A stretch of 64,000 bases of DNA from Phycisphaerae bacterium (GCA_051955985.1 JBQCGD010000138.1:15786-79785); one strand, 5' to 3'. Shown: positions 37,892-46,668, counted from the stretch's first letter. The notes: generated from the letters alone by a model not told the origin. Made by a program: numbers and translations.

Positions 37892-38204
37892 GGCGATTCT
37901 CCTGTGCGTTGGGTTGTCCTGAACGGCCGCGTGAGCGGAATAGGCGGAAACCGCTTCACGCGGCCGCGTCCGTGGACAACGGAACCTGATACCAGTCTCG
38001 CGTTGATGACTCCCCGCCAAACCTCCTCGCTCCCGTACGCCGGGAACCGAGTGGGCGGCCGGGCTGACACGTGGACCCGGCCGCTGTACGGCTTGTGGAG
38101 CGCCATCGAATCGGCCTCATTGCCAACTGGCCGATTCCTGCGCGAAAACGCTTGAGGGGGCACGGGCGTCCCTGTCATGGGGGGTCGCCCGTGCCCGGAT
38201 GCAG

Positions 38205-38249
38205 TCAAAAAGAAAAGCCCCGGAGACTCTTTTTGAGGGTCTCCGGGGC
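38205..38249 (-). terminator. Intrinsic terminator (attenuator 3:4 hairpin)
   Basis: Minus strand gccccggagac-cctcaaaaaga-gtctccggggc-ttttcttttt. Confidence 0.85.
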
Positions 38250-38278
38250 TTTCTGTTGGCCGCACGTTGTTTTTTCTC

Positions 38279-38431
38279 TTACGTGCCCGGAGGACCCTCG
38301 CTCGGCGTAATGCCCGACTTAAACGCATGAAGGCGGGCAACGTTCGCCGAGGACATGGACATAACGCACGCGCGGCGAACGCTGGTATTCAGCGTATTGC
38401 ACGTCGTCGTGTTGTTGTTACGCCATGTCAT
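38279..38431 (-). CDS. Putative 50-aa leader peptide MTWRNNNTTTCNTLNTSVRRACVMSMSSANVARLHAFKSGITPSEGPPGT
   Basis: Translated by hand (below the ORF-track cutoff); agga 8 nt upstream; its 3' end carries the antiterminator segment. Confidence 0.6.
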   Translation of the reverse strand: MTWRNNNTTTCNTLNTSVRRACVMSMSSANVARLHAFKSGITPSEGPPGT

Positions 38432-38488
38432 AAGAGCGATCCTGTCGCACGAAAAGCGGACGTCCGCATGGACGCCCTTCGAGTTTTT

Positions 38489-38516
38489 ACTGTAGCCCAG
38501 CCCGAGGAAAAGTCAA
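38489..38516 (-). promoter_or_regulatory. Sigma70-like promoter for the leader/GNAT transcript
   Basis: Minus strand TTGACT-16 nt-TACAGT. Confidence 0.6.
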
Positions 38517-38547
38517 CGATAATCTTTTCATCGGCATGCGTTGGGGG

Positions 38548-38976
38548 TTACTTCACCAATGTGGCTTTGAGCTCAATCGGCGTTGCCGCAAGCGCTTGCG
38601 AAATGGGGCAGCCGGTCTTCGCCTTGCCTGCAATTTCCTGGAATTTGGCGTCATCGATCCCCGGGACCTCGGCGTCGGTGGTCAGTTGGATCTTGACGAT
38701 TTTGAACCCTTCGCCGACCTTGTCGAGGGAGACGTCGGCCTTGGTGGTGACGCGCGTCGGGGTGTGGCCGGCCGAGGCGAGCAGGTGGGAGAGGGCCATG
38801 GAGAAGCAGGCGGCGTGGGAGGCGCCGAGGAGCTCTTCGGGGTTAGTGCCGGGGCCGTTCTCGAAACGCGTCTGGAAGGAGTAGGGGTGGTTGACGACAC
38901 CGCTGTTGGATTTGACGGTGCCTTTGCCTTTCATGAGGTCGCCGTTCCAGGTGGCTTCAGCGTGACGGGTGATCAT
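38548..38976 (-). CDS. osmC: OsmC family peroxiredoxin
   Basis: RHAEATWNGDLMKGKG, TRFENGPGTNPEELLGASHAACFSMAL, AKTGCPIS. Confidence 0.92.
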   Translation of the reverse strand: MITRHAEATWNGDLMKGKGTVKSNSGVVNHPYSFQTRFENGPGTNPEELLGASHAACFSMALSHLLASAGHTPTRVTTKADVSLDKVGEGFKIVKIQLTTDAEVPGIDDAKFQEIAGKAKTGCPISQALAATPIELKATLVK

Positions 38977-39076
38977 GACATTTTCTCCTGTGCAAGTAAT
39001 TTTTGTCAGAGGGGCTATCACACACGGGGCGGGGCGAGTTGGCAAGGGGGGATTTTTGTGTCAGACGCGCAGACTT

Positions 39077-39100
39077 GGCCGACGAGGGCGTCGGCCCCAC
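39077..39100 (-). repeat. REP-like hairpin with GTGG foot
   Basis: Minus strand GTGG-ggccgacg-ccct-cgtcggcc. Confidence 0.5.
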
Positions 39101-39468
39101 CTGGTGCAAAAGGAAGGGCACCCGGCGGAGCGGTGACGCCGCCGGGTGCTGAGGAAGGAAGAACTGGCATGTGGAAAGCGTCGGCGAGCTAGTGGGAGGT
39201 AGGAGCGAGGCCAACGCGTGTTCGCTTTGAGCCGCGAACGAGGCACTGCAAACTTGGAATGCCGGCGAGAATTCAAAGTCCCGTTTCCGGGGCCGCGATT
39301 TCTCGCCGACGGAAGAGAGGTAAAACAAAGGGCGTGCCAGACATTGGGAATGGGGCGTGGAAGTTTTTTTGGAGGCGAGATGGGGCGAGTTGTCGTTGTT
39401 TGGGCGGCGCGTGGGGAGCAAACTGCGGCGGGACGCGTTGAAAGCGGGGATGGCGTTGTTGTGCTCGG

Positions 39469-41841
39469 TCATGGCGTCGCCCCTCCTGGTTTTTGGACTT
39501 CGCGCAGCCAGAGGGCGGTGGTGATGAGGCGGGGGTAGTACTTGGAGCCGCGGGCTTCGCCGTTGACGATCTGGTCGCACGCACACCAGTAGGCGGCGGG
39601 GCCGGTGGTGAGCCAGCGGACGTGGGCGGCGTCGGCACGTTCCCATCCGGTGGCGGCGGGGTATCGGGTTTCGGGTGTCGGGGTTCGGGTGTTGCCGTCT
39701 TCGTCGAGGTTGAAGAGGGAGCGGGCGACGTGCTGGACGATGGCGATTTTGGAGAGCCAGGAGTTGTTGGAGGTGGAGGAGAGTTTGATGCCGTGGTCGG
39801 GGAATTTGTTGCGGTGCTGGGGGTCGGAGAGGAGGGTGATGGTGTGGGTTCGGAGGGACGAAATCATTTTTGCGGTGCCCGTTTCGGCTGCATAGCTTCC
39901 ACCGGCAAACTTGACGGGTAGTGATGAGACATAGTCGGCGAGAGTGGAACCGCCGCGTGCGATCGAAGATTCGTTCCAATAGAGAGGATATTTCAAGGCT
40001 TCGATCGCGGGGAGTATGCGGGAGGGCTGTGTCGATCCAAAGATTGCGGCCAGAAAATTCTCGCTGTGCATCTGCGAGGCGATGGTCGCGGCACATGTAT
40101 CTGAATGGTCAAACAGGGTCGCGCTATTCACGAGCGGCCCAAGGGGGTCGGGCGCGCTTACTTCACAAATCAGGTCCAAACCTTTGTAAGCGGCCCAGCA
40201 TTTCACAGCCAGGTAAAGGTTGTTTCGGGCTTGGCCAAGTGAGGCGTCGAGCGAATCGAATGTCGTGATCTCGCTGCCACTTCCACACATCGCCGTGTCA
40301 TGCTGCATGATCCCTTTGCCGTCGCGTTTGGCGGCGCTGTCGCGGTTTCGCATGCTGAGGTAACAGTCTCTGAAGACGTCAGCATTTCTTTTTGCCCACT
40401 CGGCGTCACCGGTTTTGGCGACGTAGCTGGCGGCGATGAGGAGCCAGTTGCAGAGTTGTTCCTGGGTCATGTAGGAGAAGCAGCCGGTGAGGTTTTTGAG
40501 TTCGTAGGAGGATTGGCCGAAGGGGGAGAATTGGTTGTGGGTGCCCTGGTCGTGGGTGAAGGAGATTCCTCCCGGTGCCGTCTTTGGAACCACGGAGTTC
40601 ACGGAGGGCACGGAGTTCCTGTCTCCCAACGTCTCCGTGTTCTCCGTGGTTCCATTCATCTTCACCTGGTCGGTGTAACTGTAGCGCTTGAGGAAGTTGT
40701 CGAGGAGGTTTTTGACGACCCAGGGGTTTCGGTCCAGTTCCCAGAAGACGTGGTCGACGGCGAGGTCGAGGGTGTTCATCATGCAGTATTCGCCTTCGTT
40801 TACGATCCAGTAGGGTTCGTCCTCAATTTCGAGGAGCTGGGTGTTGGCGTAGTAACTGCGGGTTGCGTGGGCGATGAGGAATTGCTGGTTTTCGCTGAGG
40901 CCGGAATTGGCAAGCTGCTTGTCTTGTGATTTGGCGAGTTGTTTGAGGTCGCAGAAGCGGTCGAGGGCGGCGTTGAGGACGTCTTCGATGTTTTTGTAAT
41001 GGCGCGTGTAGAGGTAGCGCCCCTCCAGCCTCGTGGTCACGACTTCGGGGAAGTAGCAGGCGAGGGCGAGGTGGAGGGTGTAGCGTTTGCCGGGGGGGAC
41101 TTCGAAGCCGATGCCGGGGGTGGTGCCGAGGAGATGGACGGGGTTGGCGCGGTCTTCGAGGCCTTCGTGGGGCCACCAGCGGAGGAAGGGGAAGGGGGTG
41201 GGCGAGCTGATTTTGGGGTGGGCGGGGCAGCCTTTTTCGGGCATGTCGTAGAGTTCGGCGGCGAAGGCGTAGTTGGCGCGGTGGGCGAGGCCGATGCGAC
41301 CGGGGGAGAGGGTTTCGAGGAGGCGGTTACCGGCATCCTGAAAGTTGATAGAGAAGAAGCCGGTCTTGGTGGCGGTGCCGGGGCGGTTGTCGATGATGAG
41401 TTCGGCGGTGATGGCGGGGAGGAGGGCGGATTTCAGTTGGTCGAGAGTGGCGGTGGCGGGGTCGGGGAGGTCGATGAACGGGGTGTAGAGGCTGAATTCC
41501 ATTGTGCCGTCGTTTGTTGTCCAGCGGTCGGTGGACCAGCCGTACTCGCGGGTGAGTTCGGATTCGGCGAAGGGGGAGAAAGTTTGGCGGTCTTCATTTT
41601 CCTTTTGCGGCAGGAAGGCGGCGGTGGGGTCGATTTTGTCGGCGTTGTTGAAGAAGGGGAGAACGCGGAGCGGGGCGGGGCTGTGGACGGACGCGTCCTT
41701 GTACCCGATGAAGAGGTCCTGGTTGGCCGGTTTCCCCAGCTGCGCCGCCAGTCCCCCACGCGTCCCAAAGTGCCCGCACGTAAACGTCAGGTACGCCCCC
41801 GCCGGCGAATGATGGGCATTGAAATTGACCGGAAACCCCAT
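39469..41841 (-). CDS. Glycoside hydrolase family 52 (beta-xylosidase)
   Basis: FNAHHSPAGA, VNEGEYCMMNTLDL.VD, GGISFTHD.G, EITTFDSLDASLGQARNNLYLAVK, SNNSWLSKI, KYYPR. Confidence 0.92.
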   Translation of the reverse strand: MGFPVNFNAHHSPAGAYLTFTCGHFGTRGGLAAQLGKPANQDLFIGYKDASVHSPAPLRVLPFFNNADKIDPTAAFLPQKENEDRQTFSPFAESELTREYGWSTDRWTTNDGTMEFSLYTPFIDLPDPATATLDQLKSALLPAITAELIIDNRPGTATKTGFFSINFQDAGNRLLETLSPGRIGLAHRANYAFAAELYDMPEKGCPAHPKISSPTPFPFLRWWPHEGLEDRANPVHLLGTTPGIGFEVPPGKRYTLHLALACYFPEVVTTRLEGRYLYTRHYKNIEDVLNAALDRFCDLKQLAKSQDKQLANSGLSENQQFLIAHATRSYYANTQLLEIEDEPYWIVNEGEYCMMNTLDLAVDHVFWELDRNPWVVKNLLDNFLKRYSYTDQVKMNGTTENTETLGDRNSVPSVNSVVPKTAPGGISFTHDQGTHNQFSPFGQSSYELKNLTGCFSYMTQEQLCNWLLIAASYVAKTGDAEWAKRNADVFRDCYLSMRNRDSAAKRDGKGIMQHDTAMCGSGSEITTFDSLDASLGQARNNLYLAVKCWAAYKGLDLICEVSAPDPLGPLVNSATLFDHSDTCAATIASQMHSENFLAAIFGSTQPSRILPAIEALKYPLYWNESSIARGGSTLADYVSSLPVKFAGGSYAAETGTAKMISSLRTHTITLLSDPQHRNKFPDHGIKLSSTSNNSWLSKIAIVQHVARSLFNLDEDGNTRTPTPETRYPAATGWERADAAHVRWLTTGPAAYWCACDQIVNGEARGSKYYPRLITTALWLREVQKPGGATP
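40586..40653. repeat. 68-bp palindromic repeat element inserted in frame in the GH52 gene
   Basis: Perfect 12-bp terminal inverted repeats ggaaccacggag...ctccgtggttcc with internal cacggag units; encodes GTTENTETLGDRNSVPSVNSVVP. Confidence 0.75.
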
Positions 41842-41955
41842 GCAAATTCCTCCACCGCAAACTCTTACATCGAATCCCTACTATTCCTATAGGAATAGGG
41901 AGGAGACCGCCAATGACGTACACACGTTTGGCGGTCTGGGTCTTCACCGCGTCCA

Positions 41956-42708
41956 TCATCCCTCTCTCGTCACCACCAGCGACGCAGGATCGATCTTCGC
42001 CACCACCGGCATCGCGTCGATCTTCGCACAGTGATCGATGTCGTCCTCAAGGCCGGCCTCAATGATGTTGATCGCCCCCTGGCCGAGGCGGAGTGCGGCG
42101 GGGAGGCGGGGGCGCACGGCGGAGAAGGCGTGGTAGGCGAGCCAGGCGGTGTCGGTGAAGGGGAGGTCGGCGCGGTAGGTGTGGGCGAGGAGGGAGAAGA
42201 GGATGGCGCCGGCGCCGAGGGAGTCTTCGAGGGCGAGTTTGCCGTTGGTGCCTGCGCAGATGAGGAGGGTGTGGCCTCCGGCGGTGTCGAGGTTTTCGGC
42301 GAGGGCCTTGGCGGTGGCGGTGGCGTTGAGGAGGCTTGCGGCGAACATGTGTTTCGCGGTGCGGGCGCGGGTGGCGGCGCGGGTGCCGTTGGTGGTGGCG
42401 AGGAGGAGGGTGGCGCCGCCGATTTTTTCGGTGGTGTGTTCGCGGGGGGAGTTGCCGAGGTCGAAGTCGGCGGGTTTGAGGCATTGGGTTTCGCCGGCAG
42501 CGATGAGGGGGGCGGGGAACTGGTTGGACGATTTGGCGGCGCGGACGGCGTCGAGGGAGTCGAACAGGTGGACTTCGCGGGCGCCGTTGAAGAGGGCGGT
42601 GGTGATGGTGGAGGTGGCGCGGAGGACGTCGAGGATGACGACCTGGGATTGGGGGAGGAGGTCGTGGGCGTTGGCGAGGTCGGCGGGGGTGAGGAGGACG
42701 TCGATCAT
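41956..42708 (-). CDS. comB: 2-phosphosulfolactate phosphatase family (ComB-like)
   Basis: VILDVLRATSTI, DLGNSP, TTNGTRA, LEDSLGAGA. Confidence 0.85.
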   Translation of the reverse strand: MIDVLLTPADLANAHDLLPQSQVVILDVLRATSTITTALFNGAREVHLFDSLDAVRAAKSSNQFPAPLIAAGETQCLKPADFDLGNSPREHTTEKIGGATLLLATTNGTRAATRARTAKHMFAASLLNATATAKALAENLDTAGGHTLLICAGTNGKLALEDSLGAGAILFSLLAHTYRADLPFTDTAWLAYHAFSAVRPRLPAALRLGQGAINIIEAGLEDDIDHCAKIDAMPVVAKIDPASLVVTREG

Positions 42709-42797
42709 GGTTTGGTGCTCCGGGAAAGGGGAACATTATAGGGAGGATGACGACTGCAGGCTTTGAAACGTGTCCGGGAATTTTGTTGGGCGGCGAA

Positions 42798-42835
42798 AAT
42801 CGATCATCCCCACCGCGTGGAAGCCGTGGGCTTGG
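42798..42835 (-). repeat. REP-like hairpin, copy 3
   Basis: Minus strand ccaagcccacggc-ttccac-gcggtggggatgatcga. Confidence 0.75.
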
Positions 42836-42921
42836 CGCAGTGGGTGCTTGCGGATCAATGAGTGGCGGCGGGAGGGGTCGTGGGATAAGGTGAGGGAGTT
42901 GTTTGTCTTTGCTGTGAGGGT

Positions 42922-44268
42922 GTGATGGCGCGGGTTTGTTTTGTGCTGGTGGCGGGGTTGGATGGGGAGGTTTTGGGGAGGGGGAGCGGGCTTTCGGTGT
43001 TGGGCGGGTTTGGGCATCGGGGGAGTTATGAGCCGGTGTTTCCGGCGGTGACATCGACGATGCAGGCGACGTTGACGACGGGGGTGGGGGTGAGTGGGCA
43101 TGGGATTGTTTGTAATGGGGTGTATACGCATGGGCGGGCGGAGATGCGGCCGCATTTGGATTTGAGCAATCATGCGGAATCGCGATTGAAGGTGAGTTTT
43201 TGGGAGCAGGCGAATTCTTTGGTGCAGGCGCCACGGTTTTGGGAGGGGCTTGGGAAAAAGACGGCGATGCTGTTCTGGCAGAATTCGATGCCGTCGCTGG
43301 CGAGCGAGCGTGCGGCGGCGGACGTGGTGTTGACGCCGAAGCCGGTGCATACGGCGGATGGGAAGACGCTGACGGCGTGCTGGAGCGCTCCGGGGGATTT
43401 GTACGGGCGGCTGGCGAATGAGCTGGGGCCGTTTCCGCTGCACAAGTATTGGAGCCCGATGGCGGGGATTGAGAGTTCGGAGTGGATTGCGAAGGCGGCG
43501 GAGCGGGTGTGGCGGCGGGAGAAGCCGGAGTTGCAGCTCGTATACATTCCGCATCTGGATTACAACCTGCAGCGGTTTGGGCCGAGTGGGGAGATGATTG
43601 GGAAGGACGTGGGGGAGGTGGATCGGGTGCTGGGGCCGCTGGCGGAGCGGGTGCGGGCGGATGGGGGGATTTTTGTGGTGGCGGGGGATTATGGGATTTC
43701 GGAGGTGGGGATTTGTGCGATGCCGAATTTGGCGCTGCGCGAGGCGGGGTTGCTGGTGACGACGGTGGATGGGAGTGGGAAGGTGGTGGTGGATTATGAC
43801 GCATCGGCTGCGTTTGGGATGTGCGATCACCAGGTGGGGCATGTGTATGTGCGGGAGCGGCGGGAAGAGGTTGAAGCGGTTTTGCGCGGGGTGAACGGTG
43901 TGGGGCGGGTGCTAGCGACGAAGGAGGAAATTGCGAGCGTTGGGTTGGATCATGCGCGAAGCGGGGATGTGGTGTTGATGGCGGAGCCGGGGGCGTGGTT
44001 TGCGCATGATTGGTGGAAGGATGATGGGGAGAAGCCGTTGTGGCAGTTCACGGTGGATATACACAACAAGCCCGGGTTTGATCCGCGGGAGTTGTTTTTC
44101 GATCCGGTGCGGAAGTGCATTCAGCAGGATGCGGCGGTGGTGAGAGGGTCGCACGGGGTGGTTGGGGCGAGGGAGAAGTGGCCGGTGGTGTTGAGTGATG
44201 CGGCGTTGCCTGGGGGGGAGATGCGTGCAACAGATATCGCGGGTTGGTTGAAATCGCTGGTGGCTTGA
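42922..44268 (+). CDS. Alkaline-phosphatase-superfamily nucleotide pyrophosphatase/phosphodiesterase (EboF-like)
   Basis: PVFPAVT...QAT.TTG, HGIVCNG, LVYIPHLDY, DIHNKPGFDPRELF, RGSHG. Confidence 0.85.
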   Translation: MMARVCFVLVAGLDGEVLGRGSGLSVLGGFGHRGSYEPVFPAVTSTMQATLTTGVGVSGHGIVCNGVYTHGRAEMRPHLDLSNHAESRLKVSFWEQANSLVQAPRFWEGLGKKTAMLFWQNSMPSLASERAAADVVLTPKPVHTADGKTLTACWSAPGDLYGRLANELGPFPLHKYWSPMAGIESSEWIAKAAERVWRREKPELQLVYIPHLDYNLQRFGPSGEMIGKDVGEVDRVLGPLAERVRADGGIFVVAGDYGISEVGICAMPNLALREAGLLVTTVDGSGKVVVDYDASAAFGMCDHQVGHVYVRERREEVEAVLRGVNGVGRVLATKEEIASVGLDHARSGDVVLMAEPGAWFAHDWWKDDGEKPLWQFTVDIHNKPGFDPRELFFDPVRKCIQQDAAVVRGSHGVVGAREKWPVVLSDAALPGGEMRATDIAGWLKSLVA

Positions 44269-44399
44269 CGGATCGATCGCCAGGGCGAAAAGATGCAGGG
44301 CGGGGCGGAGCTGTCTCAAAATAGGAGTTCCGCCTAGAATGCGGGATTCTCGCATCGCGAGCGCGATGGGGCGTTGTTTTTGGCGTAAGGAGCCTGACT

Positions 44400-45668
44400 A
44401 TGAATTTGCCGCCGCCGGTGTATTTGACGAAGGACTTGCCGGGGATTGGTGGGGTGATCAAGCAGCATTTGGAGGATTTCCGCGTCGAGGAGATTCCCGC
44501 GTACAAGGCGGAGGGGGTAGGGACGCATTGTTATCTGAAGATTGAGAAGCGTGGTTTCTCGACGATGGCGGCGGCGGACATTCTGGCGAAGGCGCTGGGT
44601 CGGAAGAACATGGACATCGGGTATGCGGGGCTGAAGGACAAGCAGGCGATCACGACGCAGTGGTTTTCGGTGGAGCACCTGGAGACGGCGCGCGCGAAGG
44701 CGCTGGAGTTGCCGACGGGGATGAAGGTGGTGGAGATCACGCGGCACCGGAACAAGATCAAGCGGGGGCACTTGGCGGGGAACAAGTTCTGGATCAAGGT
44801 GCGGAATGCGGAGTGGAGCCGCGCGGGGGCGAGCCTGGAGGAGCCGGCGAAGAAGGCGGAGGCCATTTTGAAATCGCTGGAGAAGACGGGGGTTCCGAAC
44901 TTTTTCGGGCCGCAGCGGTTTGGGATGCGGCGGGACAATCATCTGCTGGGGTTGGCGCTCTTGAAGGGGGACGCGAAGGAGTTTGCGGATCGGTTCCTGG
45001 GGGATCCGGATGAATCGGTGGATCATGGCGGGGTGCTGGCGGCGCGGCGGTCGTATGAGAACAAGAATTACGAGGCGGCGCTGCACCAGTGGCCGGGACA
45101 TTTGCGGGATGAGCGGGCGGCGCTTTCGGCGATGGTGAAGGGGAAGGGGAATGCGAAGCGGGCGATGTTTGCGGTGAAGCTGGAGCTGAAGAAGCTGCTG
45201 GTCAGTGCGCTGCAGTCGTATTTGTTCAACAAGGTGCTGGAGCGGCGGTTGCCGCGGATGACGACGGTGTTGCCGGGAGATTATTGCTGGAAGCATGAGA
45301 ATGGGGCGGTGTTCCTGGTGCCGGGGGATCCGGATGCGGCGGCGAAGGAGCAGCCGCGGGCGGATGCGCATGAGATCTCGCCGACGGGGCCGCTGTTTGG
45401 GTTTCGGATGTCGCAGGCCGAATCGGTGGCGGGGATTCTGGAGGCGGAGGTGTTGAAGGAGTCGGGGTTGACGCTGGAGAGTTTTGGCGGGGCGATGGGG
45501 GCGCCGGGGGGAAGAAGGGCGTTGCGGTTGTTTCCGATGGATCTATCGCTGGCGACGGGGGAGGATTCGCATGGGCCGTATTTGGAGCTGGTGTTTGGGT
45601 TGCCTTCGGGGAGTTATGCGACGGTGCTTTTGGGCGAGGTGATGAAGGAGGATGTGACGATTGATTGA
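44400..45668 (+). CDS. truD: tRNA pseudouridine(13) synthase
   Basis: EDFRVEE, GYAGLKDKQAITTQ, GHLAGNKF, PNFFGPQRFG, SALQSYLFN, LP.GSYATVLL. Confidence 0.95.
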   Translation: MNLPPPVYLTKDLPGIGGVIKQHLEDFRVEEIPAYKAEGVGTHCYLKIEKRGFSTMAAADILAKALGRKNMDIGYAGLKDKQAITTQWFSVEHLETARAKALELPTGMKVVEITRHRNKIKRGHLAGNKFWIKVRNAEWSRAGASLEEPAKKAEAILKSLEKTGVPNFFGPQRFGMRRDNHLLGLALLKGDAKEFADRFLGDPDESVDHGGVLAARRSYENKNYEAALHQWPGHLRDERAALSAMVKGKGNAKRAMFAVKLELKKLLVSALQSYLFNKVLERRLPRMTTVLPGDYCWKHENGAVFLVPGDPDAAAKEQPRADAHEISPTGPLFGFRMSQAESVAGILEAEVLKESGLTLESFGGAMGAPGGRRALRLFPMDLSLATGEDSHGPYLELVFGLPSGSYATVLLGEVMKEDVTID

Positions 45669-45718
45669 GGGAGTATCCAAACAATTTTAATTTGAGGGAT
45701 GATTTCTTGCCTCTGTCG

Positions 45719-46180
45719 ATGGAAGAATCCGAGACCAGATTCTTTGTTTCGCGCGGTGACATACGATGGGTTAGAGTTCTGGCTCTTTGCAATGGCATCG
45801 CGGGGATTCTTTTGGGATCCCTGGTACTGGCGGCTGGATTCTATATCCTCTACAGCTTAATCACCGGTAAGATCCGGGCTGGTGATGCAGGCGTCGTGTT
45901 GTTTTTTTGTGCGATCTACGTGATTCCGAACTTTGGATGCGGAATCCTCAATACAGTGGGATTCTGCAAAATTAAAAGCACCACGTCCCGCTGGCGCATG
46001 CTGATGTGGGTTGCTACCATTTTTCATCTCTTTTTCATGACGGCGTGGCTTGGCATGATCGTCTTCCTGTTCATCACTGACGCTGAATCGCTGGCGACTC
46101 CATTTGCCATCACGGCACTTTTGATTGTCTCACTTTCGGCCGAATTGCGTTACCTCTGGCTCACGCGACCACCTTCGTAA
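45719..46180 (+). CDS. Hypothetical 4-TM membrane protein, AT-richer than neighbours
   Basis: Four hydrophobic segments; abrupt composition change after the truD stop. Confidence 0.65.
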   Translation: MEESETRFFVSRGDIRWVRVLALCNGIAGILLGSLVLAAGFYILYSLITGKIRAGDAGVVLFFCAIYVIPNFGCGILNTVGFCKIKSTTSRWRMLMWVATIFHLFFMTAWLGMIVFLFITDAESLATPFAITALLIVSLSAELRYLWLTRPPS

Positions 46181-46330
46181 CGGGCTTAGCTCAATTCGCG
46201 GCTCGAAATGCAAAGTGTCTATGCAGGCATATGAGGCGCGGGTTAAGCACCGAGATTGTGATTAACTCGTGGCACCCGGCCTTCTTGATTGCGCGTTGGA
46301 GCGTTCGCCATTGGCTCGCGGCTAAACGGG

Positions 46331-46648
46331 TCAGGGTTTTTCGGCGAGTTGTTTTTGGAGGCGTTCGACTTCAGCGATCAGGCGTTTGATGTATTCCGGG
46401 GCGTAAGCGGCGAAGGCGGTGTTGCGGACCATGGTCATGAGGGGGTCGGTGCCGACCATGGCGCCGGCGGGTTGCATGGTTTGAAGCACGAGGACGCCGG
46501 CGCCGGTTTGGACGCCCATGACTTTGCCGTGGGAGGGCTTCCAGTTGCCGGCGGCGGCGAGGCCGTTGACGGCGTTTTTGAGCTCGGTGAGTTCTTTTTC
46601 GGTGAGGGGGGAATCGGAGGGGAGGGCGATGTGGGGGAATGCGATCAT
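46331..46648 (-). CDS. Small hypothetical protein; C-terminal helix resembles phage Ead/Ea22-like motifs
   Basis: 105 aa; ...TAFAAYAPEYIKRLIAEVERLQ; co-oriented 20 nt downstream of the BFD-like gene. Confidence 0.6.
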   Translation of the reverse strand: MIAFPHIALPSDSPLTEKELTELKNAVNGLAAAGNWKPSHGKVMGVQTGAGVLVLQTMQPAGAMVGTDPLMTMVRNTAFAAYAPEYIKRLIAEVERLQKQLAEKP

Positions 46649-46668
46649 GGGCGTATCCTCGTAAAGTG

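Noticed and set aside
37777-38340. 187-aa ORF with an Arg-rich start crossing the attenuator
   Set aside because: It runs through the terminator and hairpins, lacks an RBS and overlaps the GNAT start; the 50-aa ORF fits the attenuator geometry better.
39046-39468. Possible small gene starting MTEHNNAIPAF downstream of GH52
   Set aside because: No recognisable motifs, atypical composition and overlap with hairpin repeats.
41956-44268. ebo cluster or coenzyme M pathway suggested by the EboF-like and ComB-like genes
   Set aside because: No other ebo or com genes are nearby; both families are widespread as singletons.
46173-46250. attC-like site after the AT-rich membrane gene (TAAC ... GTTAAGC)
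   Set aside because: The inverse core (TCGTAAC) does not match RYYYAAC, the L boxes pair poorly and there is no integron integrase; a lone GTTGGGC before the Imm48-like gene also lacks a partner.
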